From contig JAYKHZ010000133.1 in assembly GCA_035286165.1 (NCBI GenBank), forward strand, positions 1-43,643: a DNA stretch of 43,643 bases, read 5' to 3'. Both the position numbers and the translations under genes were made by a program. Of the stretch, positions 23,893-32,046 are shown piece after piece. The first letter of the stretch is position 1. Every line of letters begins with the position of its first letter. The stretch is from Synechococcus sp. GTDB lineage: Bacteria > Cyanobacteriota > Cyanobacteriia > PCC-6307 > Cyanobiaceae. The notes under the pieces were generated by a model, which did no database searches, was not told the DNA's origin, and saw nothing but the letters and a program-made list of their open reading frames with translations.

Positions 23893-23912
23893 GCCGGGAT
23901 CGACGGGGATCC

Positions 23913-25472
23913 ATGGTCGCTGGTGCTCTGGCTTTTGTGCTGCACGGCCACCTTCCCTACGTTCGCAGCCGCGCTGCCGGCTCGCTCGAGGAAGACTGGT
24001 ACTTCCAGGCACTGAGCGAAAGCTATTTACCGCTGCTCGAATCACTGCAGCGCTGCGTTGATCAAGGAGGTGAGCCACGGCTCACCATGAGCCTCTCCCC
24101 CACGCTGCTCTCGCTGCTGGTGGACCCTGTGCTGCAGGAGCGCTTCGAGCCCTGGGTGGAGCAGCGCTGTCGCCTGCTGGAGCGCTGCAGCCCCGAAGAG
24201 GAAGCAGCAGCCCAGCACCTGCATGGCCACTTTCAGCGTCAGCTCAAGGCCTTCCGAAGCCTGGATGGCCAGGTGCAGCGCGGCTTCCAGCAGCTGCAAC
24301 AGGCGGGCATCCTCGACCTGATCACCTGCAGCGCCACCCACGGCTATCTGCCACTGCTGCGGGATCCAGCGGAAGCCGTGCAGGGGCAACTGCGCACGGC
24401 CGTGCGCGAGCACGAACGGGTGTTGGGGGTGGCTCCCCAGGGCATCTGGCTGCCGGAATGCGCCTTCTATGAAGGTCTTGATCAGCAGCTGGCCGCGGTA
24501 GGCCTGCGTTACGCGGTGCTCGATGCCCACGGCCTGCTGCATGGCCTGCCCCGCCCGCGTTACGGGGTGTACGCACCGATCTGCTCATCGGCTTCGGTGG
24601 CCTTTTTTGGCCGCGACAGCGAAGCCACCCTGCCGGTGTGGTCTGCAAGTGACGGCTATCCGGGCCGCGGCGCCTACCGCGAATTCCACCGTGACATCGG
24701 CTGGGAGCTGAGCGAAGAGGAGCTCAACGCCGCCGGCATCCTCAGCAGCCGGCCCCTGGGCCTGAAGCTGCGGCGGGTCAGCGGTGGTGACTGCCCCCTG
24801 GGGGACAAGCTTCCCTACGACCCCGAGGACGCCAGCCGCACCGCCCAGAGCGATGCCGGCTCCTATGTGGCCGAGCGCGTGCGCCAGCTGCACGAACTCA
24901 CGGCCGTGATGGATCGCCCACCACTGGTGGTGGCCCCCTTTGATGCCGAGTTGTTCGGCCATTGGTGGTTCGAAGGCCCGCAGTTTCTCGAGCAGGTGTT
25001 CCTCCAGGGCAAAGCCGCTGGCCTGGGCTTCAGCACCCTGCGCCAGAACCTGGCAAGCCAGCCGCAACTGCAGGTGTGTCGCCCCTCCCCCTCCAGCTGG
25101 GGCCAAGGGGGTTACCACGCCTATTGGCTCAGTGACAGCAACGCCTGGGTGGTGCCCGACTGGCATCAGGCCAGCCTGGCCATGACCCAGGCACTGCGCC
25201 AGCACCCGGGCCGCAATCCGCAGCAGCAGCGCCTGCTGCAACAGGCCGCGCGCGAACTGCTGCTGGCCCAGTCCTCTGATTGGAGCTTCATCCTGCGGGC
25301 CGGCACCACCACTGAACTGGCCCGCGATCGCATCCGCCGCCACCTGGGCCGCTTCTGGCGGCTGCTCGAAGGCCTCAAACCAGGCGGCCAGGTGAACAGC
25401 CAGTGGCTGCAGGCCCTGGAGGCCGAGGATTCCCTCTTCCCCAGCATCGACCCCGACGATTGGCAACTCTGA
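23913..25472 (+). CDS. Glycoside hydrolase family 57 (branching-enzyme type, DUF1957)
   Basis: LHGHLPYV, ATHGYLP, GIWLPEC, PFDAELFGHWWFEG and AQSSDWSF motifs. Confidence 0.93.
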   Translation: MVAGALAFVLHGHLPYVRSRAAGSLEEDWYFQALSESYLPLLESLQRCVDQGGEPRLTMSLSPTLLSLLVDPVLQERFEPWVEQRCRLLERCSPEEEAAAQHLHGHFQRQLKAFRSLDGQVQRGFQQLQQAGILDLITCSATHGYLPLLRDPAEAVQGQLRTAVREHERVLGVAPQGIWLPECAFYEGLDQQLAAVGLRYAVLDAHGLLHGLPRPRYGVYAPICSSASVAFFGRDSEATLPVWSASDGYPGRGAYREFHRDIGWELSEEELNAAGILSSRPLGLKLRRVSGGDCPLGDKLPYDPEDASRTAQSDAGSYVAERVRQLHELTAVMDRPPLVVAPFDAELFGHWWFEGPQFLEQVFLQGKAAGLGFSTLRQNLASQPQLQVCRPSPSSWGQGGYHAYWLSDSNAWVVPDWHQASLAMTQALRQHPGRNPQQQRLLQQAARELLLAQSSDWSFILRAGTTTELARDRIRRHLGRFWRLLEGLKPGGQVNSQWLQALEAEDSLFPSIDPDDWQL

Positions 25473-26449
25473 GCCCACTCCAGCAACGCCAGCGGCTCAC
25501 CCTGGCCCTGGCACCAACGGAGCATTTCAGCCCGCAGCTGCAGCGCAGCAGCCAGCTTGAGGTGCTGCAGCTCAATCTGGGCCGGCTCTGCAACATGCGC
25601 TGCAGCCACTGTCATGTGGATGCCGGGCCCGACCAGGGGCACACCCAAATGGGGGAGGCGGTGGTTGAGCAGTGCCTCGCGGCCATGGAACGCCTGATGC
25701 CCAATGTGGTGGACCTCACCGGTGGAGCACCGGAGCTGCACCACAGCTTCCGCCAGCTGGTGCTGAAAGCGCGTGCCCTGGGCTGCCGCGTGATCGACCG
25801 CTGCAACCTCACCGTGCTGCTGCTGCCCGCCCTCCATGACCTAGCCACCTTCCTGGCCGAGCAGCAGGTGGAGATCGTGGCCAGCCTGCCGGGTCCTGAG
25901 GCCCTGCGCACTGATCAACAGCGGGGGGAAGGAACCTTTGATGCCTCCTTGGAAGCGCTGCGGCGTCTGAACGCCCTTGGCTACGGCCAGGAGGGCAGTG
26001 GACTGCAGCTCACCTTGATGAGCAATCCCGAGGGGGAGGCGCTGCAACAGCTCACCCCCTGCGACACGGTGCAATGGCGCAAGACCCTGGCGCAGCACGG
26101 CGTGGTGTTCAACACCCTGATCGGCCTCAACAACATGCCGATTGCCCGTTTCCTGGATGCGCTGGATCAACAGAAGCGCACCGAGAGCTATCTGCAGACG
26201 TTGCGCGGGGCCTTCAACCCTTGCAGCTTGGCCGGACTGATGTGCCGCAGCACCCTCTCGGTGAGTGCCGATGGCGCGCTGTACGACTGCGACTTCAACC
26301 AGATGTTGGAGCTGCCCCTGGAGCTGGAGCTGGCCACGGTGACCAACAGCGACCTGGTCTCCCGCTCGATCCACACGGGCAACCATTGCTACGGCTGCAC
26401 GGCCGGCCAGGGCAGCAGCTGCAGTGGCGCCACAACCAGCGCCGAGTGA
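25460..26449 (+). CDS. arsS: ArsS-family radical SAM protein (arsenosugar biosynthesis type, DUF3641)
   Basis: LQLNLGRLCNMRCSHCHVDAGP (CxxxCxxC), DLTGGAPEL, DRCNLT, NMPIARF, LMCR, YDCDFNQ, HCYGCTAGQGSSC; TTG start at 25460 overlaps the GH57 stop. Confidence 0.85.
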   Translation: MATLSPLQQRQRLTLALAPTEHFSPQLQRSSQLEVLQLNLGRLCNMRCSHCHVDAGPDQGHTQMGEAVVEQCLAAMERLMPNVVDLTGGAPELHHSFRQLVLKARALGCRVIDRCNLTVLLLPALHDLATFLAEQQVEIVASLPGPEALRTDQQRGEGTFDASLEALRRLNALGYGQEGSGLQLTLMSNPEGEALQQLTPCDTVQWRKTLAQHGVVFNTLIGLNNMPIARFLDALDQQKRTESYLQTLRGAFNPCSLAGLMCRSTLSVSADGALYDCDFNQMLELPLELELATVTNSDLVSRSIHTGNHCYGCTAGQGSSCSGATTSAE

Positions 26450-26532
26450 GCACCCTCAAAATCACCCATTTGGGGGATGTGGCTCTAGGACCATGGCGGT
26501 GAAGCTGAAAACACGGTTTTCCAGACAAAGCC

Positions 26533-26730
26533 ATGAGCACCAGCTTTTATCCCAATCCCCAAAGCAGCCGGCGCGGCAAAGCAGCAATCACCTTCTTTGT
26601 GAAACCCGATGCCAAGGCCGCCATCCGCGCAGCCCTGGCTGATGGCGGCTACGGCACGAGCTATCAGGAGGGGATCGTCAACCTGCTCAATGAACTGCTG
26701 CAACAACAGCAGCGGCAACCGATGGTTTAG
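26533..26730 (+). CDS. Small ribbon-helix-helix-like DNA-binding protein
   Basis: SRRGK followed by a beta-strand pattern AITFFV, helix PDAKAAIRAALA and second helix SYQEGIVNLLNELL. Confidence 0.6.
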   Translation: MSTSFYPNPQSSRRGKAAITFFVKPDAKAAIRAALADGGYGTSYQEGIVNLLNELLQQQQRQPMV

Positions 26731-27545
26731 GGGCGATAGCGACTGCGTTCCCAACGCTGCAGCTTCTGATCAGTGCCATACACCACACTGAGCCGCTCAA
26801 ACAGGTTGGCGGCCACCAGGCATCCCACCTCCAGCCGGAAGGCTCCACTGGGCAGCTGCACAGGGATCGAGCAGATCAAGCCATCACTGAACCCAGGGGT
26901 CAGGCCATGGCAGGCAAACGCGCTGGCTGCAAACGGCTCCACATCCGGTGCGTGGCTGGGCTCACCGGTTTCACCCGGCCGCAGCACCTGCTGTTCCCCG
27001 CGCCAACCCTGCAGTGACTGCAACAGTGCCTCGCTGTTCTGCACCCCATGGCGCAGCGGTTCAGGCGGCTGGTGGCGCTGACAGCGAAAGGCCACCTCGC
27101 TCACCGCATCCAGCTGCCAGCGACTGGCCGGTGAGGCGGGCTCATCGCTGCTGCTCTCAGTCCAGATCAACACCAGCATTGAGCGGGCACGCCCGTGGCA
27201 GAAGTTGAACTCGTGGGCAAAACGCTTGGCGGCCGGCAGGATCTGCAAGCTCGACTGCCCACCCACACCAGCGAACTGCCAGAAGTGATCACTCTGGTTG
27301 TAGACCGCTCGCGCAATCGGGTGGCGCGCCTTGCCGCCAGAGGCGTACTTGAGGCCATGGCCCTCCCACAGGCCTGTGTCGTCATCAAAGAAGCGAATGT
27401 CGTAGCACGTGTCGTCGATCACCTGGGAGGGATGGCTCAGATCCAGGGCAGCAGCGGTGCCGCGTTCATACCAGAGGCTGCGGCCCTGCCAACAACCATC
27501 GAAGTTGCCCCGGTACAAATCCCACTGACGCGCAGCTGCAGCCAC
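26727..27545 (-). CDS. DUF3598-like beta-barrel hypothetical protein
   Basis: N-terminal QWDLYRGNFDGCWQG and C-terminal FRLEVGCL...RLSVVY resemble cyanobacterial DUF3598 proteins. Confidence 0.55.
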   Translation of the reverse strand: MAAAARQWDLYRGNFDGCWQGRSLWYERGTAAALDLSHPSQVIDDTCYDIRFFDDDTGLWEGHGLKYASGGKARHPIARAVYNQSDHFWQFAGVGGQSSLQILPAAKRFAHEFNFCHGRARSMLVLIWTESSSDEPASPASRWQLDAVSEVAFRCQRHQPPEPLRHGVQNSEALLQSLQGWRGEQQVLRPGETGEPSHAPDVEPFAASAFACHGLTPGFSDGLICSIPVQLPSGAFRLEVGCLVAANLFERLSVVYGTDQKLQRWERSRYRP

Positions 27546-27648
27546 GTTCCGTTCCTGGCCGTTGCTATCAGCGTGTCAACAAAGCAAGCAAGCATCATCA
27601 AAAGTAAAGAGAGCTGTCACGCTCGGTGATTCCCCCAGCGGCGCCGCC

Positions 27649-28212
27649 ATGGACCACGAGCCCCCCCTGACCCGCATCAGCGCGTCGCTGTTCAACGCGG
27701 TGGCCGCGGAGGCACGGGCCTCAAAACGCCTGCGCAAGAACCACAATTTCCACCAGAGCAGCGATCTGGTGCAGCGATTTCTCAACGTGCTGCAGCCAGG
27801 CACCTATGTGCGCCCCCATCGCCACCTCAGGGAACCAAGTGGCAGCGGCTTCGAATGTTTTTTGGTGTTGCAGGGGGCCATTGGGCTGTTGCTGCTCAAT
27901 GAACAGGGGGCTGTGCTGCAGCAGGAACGCCTGGAGGCAGGCGGCGAGGTGCACGGGATCCAACTGGCGGAGGGACAGTTCCACACCCTGGTGGCGCTCG
28001 CGCCGGATTCAGTGATGTTTGAACTCAAACAAGGGCCCTACGAACCCCTGGCTGACAAGGATTTTCTGCCCCAATTCCCCTTCGAAGGCAGCGTTGAAGC
28101 CGCAGCCCAGGAACAGCGCTGGCGAGCCCTCTTCAGCGGGCCATGCGACGGTGAAAACGCCCCAGCACCAGGGCAATCAAGATCGCCACATACAACTGCC
28201 CAACAATCGTGA
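27649..28212 (+). CDS. WbuC family cupin-fold metalloprotein
   Basis: ASKRLRKNHNFH, VQRFLNVLQPGTYVRPHRH, FHTLVAL and ELKQGPY motifs. Confidence 0.88.
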   Translation: MDHEPPLTRISASLFNAVAAEARASKRLRKNHNFHQSSDLVQRFLNVLQPGTYVRPHRHLREPSGSGFECFLVLQGAIGLLLLNEQGAVLQQERLEAGGEVHGIQLAEGQFHTLVALAPDSVMFELKQGPYEPLADKDFLPQFPFEGSVEAAAQEQRWRALFSGPCDGENAPAPGQSRSPHTTAQQS

Positions 28213-28843
28213 TCGAGAAGGCGGCGGCCTGACCGACCAGATCATTGGGGGCCAGCACCGCACTGCTTGCGGTGGTAAGAAAACCCAGCGACGCCATGGT
28301 GAGGGCCGCATCGGCAGGTTGTTGCAAGGGGATGAAGCTCGTGGGGTGCAAGCTGTGGATCGTGTTCAACAGCGCCCCACCCAACAGGCCGATCTGTACG
28401 TAACCCGCGGCCGCCCCCATCAACACCGAAGCGGTGACAAAGGGTTCGCGAATGAGCCCCCGCACCATGCGCACCAGGGTGTTGCCGAAAAACAACATCA
28501 TCAGAATCAACCGCAACAACGCCAAGCCACCGAGCACTGCCCCCCCCGAGGGAATGAACGGGAGCAGCTCGGGCCAGAGGCGCAGCACGGCCCAGAGCAA
28601 CTGCACCGCAATCGCACAGGCCCCAAGCACGAACACCAGGCGCTGACCGGAGCGCAACACGGTGAGATGGGCGGTGAAATTCATGAAGAACAGCAGCAGC
28701 ACCACCGAGCTGAAATCAATCAGCACGGCGTGGTGCTGGGCTAATGGCACTAGCCAGATGATCAGCAGCTCCAGCAGCAGCATGTTGCGGTAGCCCCGAT
28801 GGCGACTGCGGATCCGCGGCACATTCCAGGCATGCCGTTTCAT
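28133..28843 (-). CDS. Potassium-channel-like membrane protein with degenerate selectivity filter
   Basis: Multiple TMs; VTASVLMGAAAGYVQIGL and GQLYVAILIALVLGRF match the Ion_trans_2-type pore-flanking helices; pore reads FLTTASS rather than TTxGYG. Confidence 0.65.
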   Translation of the reverse strand: MKRHAWNVPRIRSRHRGYRNMLLLELLIIWLVPLAQHHAVLIDFSSVVLLLFFMNFTAHLTVLRSGQRLVFVLGACAIAVQLLWAVLRLWPELLPFIPSGGAVLGGLALLRLILMMLFFGNTLVRMVRGLIREPFVTASVLMGAAAGYVQIGLLGGALLNTIHSLHPTSFIPLQQPADAALTMASLGFLTTASSAVLAPNDLVGQAAAFSITIVGQLYVAILIALVLGRFHRRMAR

Positions 28844-29199
28844 CGCTGGCGCTGCACAGCCACCACCCCATCAAATCCCGGGATCGGAGCGGCCAACTTG
28901 CGCAGCTCCAGGCCAATGGAGAGCGGGCCGTAGAGCTCCTGCAGGCGATCGAGGATGCGCTCGGAGAAATGCTCGATGGTTTGACAACGCAACTGGCCCG
29001 CCAACTGGCGCAAGGCCTGCACGGCTTCGGCGTAATCGAGCGTGTCGGCCAGGCAATCGCTGGCCGCGGCCGCGGAGAGGTCCACCGCAAAGGTCAGATC
29101 CAGGCTGAACCACTGCCCCAGCTCCCGTTCCTGCTCCAGCACGCCCACATGGGCCCAAAGACGCAGGTCGCGCACCACGATGCGATCAGCACTGCTCAT
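28840..29199 (-). CDS. folB: Dihydroneopterin aldolase
   Basis: HVGVLEQERELGQWF, TLDY and TIE motifs. Confidence 0.92.
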   Translation of the reverse strand: MSSADRIVVRDLRLWAHVGVLEQERELGQWFSLDLTFAVDLSAAAASDCLADTLDYAEAVQALRQLAGQLRCQTIEHFSERILDRLQELYGPLSIGLELRKLAAPIPGFDGVVAVQRQR

Positions 29200-30506
29200 C
29201 AGGGCAAATCCTCGTGGCTGAATTGGCGCTCACCGGAGGCGTAGGACGCGGCCACGTGGCCATCGCCGCGGAGGCGGTAGCGGTACGTCACCAACCCCTC
29301 AAGGCCCACGGGCCCGCGGGGCGGCAGGGTCTGGGTGCTGATGCCCACCTCAGCGCCAAAGCCATAACGGAAGCCATCGGCAAAGCGCGATGAACAGTTG
29401 TGATATACCCCAGCGCTATCCACCCGGGCCAGGAACCGCTCAGCCGTGGCGGCATTGCTGCTGCAGATCACCTCGGTGTGGCGTGAGCTGTAACGGCCGA
29501 TGTGAGCCATCGCCGCCTCCATGTCATCCACCACAGCAACGCTGAGCACCAGATCGAGATACTCCGTGGCCCAGTCGTCATCGTTGGCGGGATGGCGCAC
29601 ACCCTGGGCCATGGCGGCAGCATCACCTCGCAACTGCACCCCGGCAGCCTCCAGAGCTGGAATCGCTTTGGCCAGGAACGGCGCGGCCACATCACGGTGC
29701 ACCAGCAGCGTTTCAATGGCATTGCACGCGGCTGGGTACTGGGTTTTGCTGTCCACCGCCACGGCAACGGCCTGATCGAGATCCACCTCGCGATCCACGT
29801 AGAGGTGGCAGATGCCATCGGCATGGCCCAGCACCGGGATGCGGGTGTTGTCCTGAATGAAACGCACCAGCTCGTTGGAGCCTCGGGGGATGATCAGGTC
29901 CACCAGCCCCTCGAGTTTGAGCAGGGCCAGGCTCTCCTCCCGGCTGGTGAGCAGGGCGATCACATTGGGGTGCACCGCCGAACGGCTCAGCCCCAGCTGC
30001 AGGGCCTCAAGGATGGCCGTGCAGCTGCCATTGGCCTCCCGGCCCCCTTTGAGGATGGCGCCATTGCCAGAGCGAATCGCCAGGCCAGCGATCTGCATCA
30101 CCGCATCGGGGCGGGCTTCAAAGATCACACCCACCACACCGAGGGGCACCGTGATCCTCTCCAACACCAGACCCTGATCCAGAGCGCGATGCAGCTGCCG
30201 CTGGCCGAGGGGATCGCTCAAGGCGGCCAACTGGCGCAAACCAGCAATGGCGCCGTCGAGCTTGGCACCATCCAATTTCAGGCGGGCCATCAGCGCTGAA
30301 CTGAGCTGGGCGGCTTCCGCCGCGGCCCGATCCGCGCGATTCGCCTCGAGGATCAGCTCACGGCGCTCATCCAGTGCTGCGGCCATCGCCAGCAGCGCCT
30401 CACGGCGCTGCTCATTGCTGCACTGGGCCAGGTCCTGGGCATGGGAGCGCAAGTCACCGGCGCGCTGCAGCAGTTCAGGGGAAGGATCGGGAACAACCTG
30501 TTGCAA
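29199..30506 (-). CDS. proA: Gamma-glutamyl phosphate reductase
   Basis: [53 protein letters not shown] and RGPVGLEGL motifs. Confidence 0.97.
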   Translation of the reverse strand: MQQVVPDPSPELLQRAGDLRSHAQDLAQCSNEQRREALLAMAAALDERRELILEANRADRAAAEAAQLSSALMARLKLDGAKLDGAIAGLRQLAALSDPLGQRQLHRALDQGLVLERITVPLGVVGVIFEARPDAVMQIAGLAIRSGNGAILKGGREANGSCTAILEALQLGLSRSAVHPNVIALLTSREESLALLKLEGLVDLIIPRGSNELVRFIQDNTRIPVLGHADGICHLYVDREVDLDQAVAVAVDSKTQYPAACNAIETLLVHRDVAAPFLAKAIPALEAAGVQLRGDAAAMAQGVRHPANDDDWATEYLDLVLSVAVVDDMEAAMAHIGRYSSRHTEVICSSNAATAERFLARVDSAGVYHNCSSRFADGFRYGFGAEVGISTQTLPPRGPVGLEGLVTYRYRLRGDGHVAASYASGERQFSHEDLP

Positions 30507-30530
30507 AACGCGACCTGGGCTCTATGGGCA

Positions 30531-31442
30531 TCATCCCTGGCCAGCGGACGGCAGGCGCTGCAAGGCCAAGCGCGCCGCTCCAAGCCGGCCGGCCCCATTG
30601 CCAAGCGCCGCCGCTTCGATGCTGAGATCGGCCCTGCTGGGAGCCAGCACCCGCCGCTGCACCTCCTGGCGCAGGGGCTCAGCGAAATGGGCAAAGGCAG
30701 CGCTGAGTCCGCCACCGAGCAGCACCCGCTCGGGCGTGAAGGCGTACACCAACGAACTGATGCCGCAACCGAGCAGCTGGCCGTAGCGTCGCCACACCGC
30801 CTGGGCCTGGGGATCCCCCGCTGCAGCCTGGGCCGAGAGCTGCTCCGGCTCCTGGCCCGACCAGCGCCGTAGGGCGGTGATGCTGCAGAAGCTTTCGATG
30901 GAGCCGTTGTTGCCGCTGTTGCAGGCAGGGCCTGCCGGATCCAAACCGATCAATCCGGGTTCAGCGGCGGCACCACAACGCCCCAGAAACAAGGCGCCAT
31001 TAAGGATCACCCCACCACCAACCCCGGTGCCCAAGGTGAGCAACACCACATCGTTGATGCCTTGCGCCGCCCCCAGCCACTGCTCCCCCAGCACGGCGCA
31101 ATTGCCATCGTTCTCGAGGGTGACCGGCCGCTGCAGCCGTGGCTCCAACCAATCCGCCAAGGGCACCTGCTCCCAGCCCGGCAGGTTGATGCACACCTGG
31201 GCGATGCGCCCAGCGCGATCCATCGGCCCGGGTAAGCCAATGCCAACCGCATCAGCTTCTGAGGCTGGATCCAACTGAGCAATCGCCTCCACCACCGCCG
31301 TGGTGACGGCACCAGGGGTGGCGGGTTGCGGTGTGGCCTGCTGCAGCTCTGCCAGCAGGGTGCCATCGGCGCTGAAGCGGCCGAGCTTGAGGCCCGTACC
31401 CCCGATGTCCACACCGATCACCTGGCGGGGTTCCCTGGCCAT
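30531..31442 (-). CDS. ROK family sugar kinase
   Basis: GVDIGGT, LENDGN, TLGTGVGGG and CNSGNNGSIE motifs. Confidence 0.92.
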   Translation of the reverse strand: MAREPRQVIGVDIGGTGLKLGRFSADGTLLAELQQATPQPATPGAVTTAVVEAIAQLDPASEADAVGIGLPGPMDRAGRIAQVCINLPGWEQVPLADWLEPRLQRPVTLENDGNCAVLGEQWLGAAQGINDVVLLTLGTGVGGGVILNGALFLGRCGAAAEPGLIGLDPAGPACNSGNNGSIESFCSITALRRWSGQEPEQLSAQAAAGDPQAQAVWRRYGQLLGCGISSLVYAFTPERVLLGGGLSAAFAHFAEPLRQEVQRRVLAPSRADLSIEAAALGNGAGRLGAARLALQRLPSAGQG

Positions 31443-31476
31443 GAACCGCACCCGCGCATCACACCCCCATTAAGGC

Positions 31477-31716
31477 TCAAGCGGCCTTAGGCGCCAATGC
31501 CAAGCGGCGTTGCAAGGGCAGCTGCGCCACGGGCACCCGGGCCAGCAGCTCACGCTCAGCAGCAGCCGAGAGCAGGGCGTGCACACAACGGCCCTGCTGA
31601 TCGACATAGGTGAACACCTTGTTGGCCTCCACCATCAGCTCCAGGCTCAGGGTGCGGCCATCCCTCAACAAAAAGCACGACATCTCGAGGAATTCAGCTG
31701 GCGCAAGGCCCAACAA
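31477..31716 (-). CDS. Small hypothetical protein
   Basis: Fills the gap co-oriented with its neighbours; start may be the ATG at 31683. Confidence 0.5.
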   Translation of the reverse strand: MLGLAPAEFLEMSCFLLRDGRTLSLELMVEANKVFTYVDQQGRCVHALLSAAAERELLARVPVAQLPLQRRLALAPKAA

Positions 31717-31797
31717 GCCGCCATTGAACCCAGCACCTGGCCCTGGTGCAGCCCTTGATGGGCAACTGCCGACACAACCCCGGCTGCAGGGATCCCC

Positions 31798-32046
31798 TCA
31801 ACCGGCACAGCGCTGGCTCACCCAATCGGGCTGAATCGTGAGCACCGCCAGGTCGTCCTCACGAACCACCTGGGCATAACTGGGATGGGCGCTTCTCGCG
31901 CCGCCCTCCACATGCAGAACAGAGGCGAGATAGGCGGCTGCAGCGGGCGGCTCCACCCACACCACATCGCCGGGCTGAATGCAAAGAAACTCAGGCTGAT
32001 GCACCGCTGAAGAACCACGCACCTCAACGTAGTACGGGTGTACCAC
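31798..32046 (-). CDS. DUF3104 domain protein
   Basis: FLCIQPGDVV...VLHVEGGAR...QV pattern typical of picocyanobacterial DUF3104; start may be the GTG at 32004. Confidence 0.7.
   Translation of the reverse strand: MVHPYYVEVRGSSAVHQPEFLCIQPGDVVWVEPPAAAAYLASVLHVEGGARSAHPSYAQVVREDDLAVLTIQPDWVSQRCAG

Noticed and set aside
23816-23912. Leucine attenuator or leader peptide upstream of leuA
   Set aside because: No Leu-rich mini-ORF or terminator fits between the putative -10 and the start; the short CCTGCG/CGCAGG stem lies upstream of the -10
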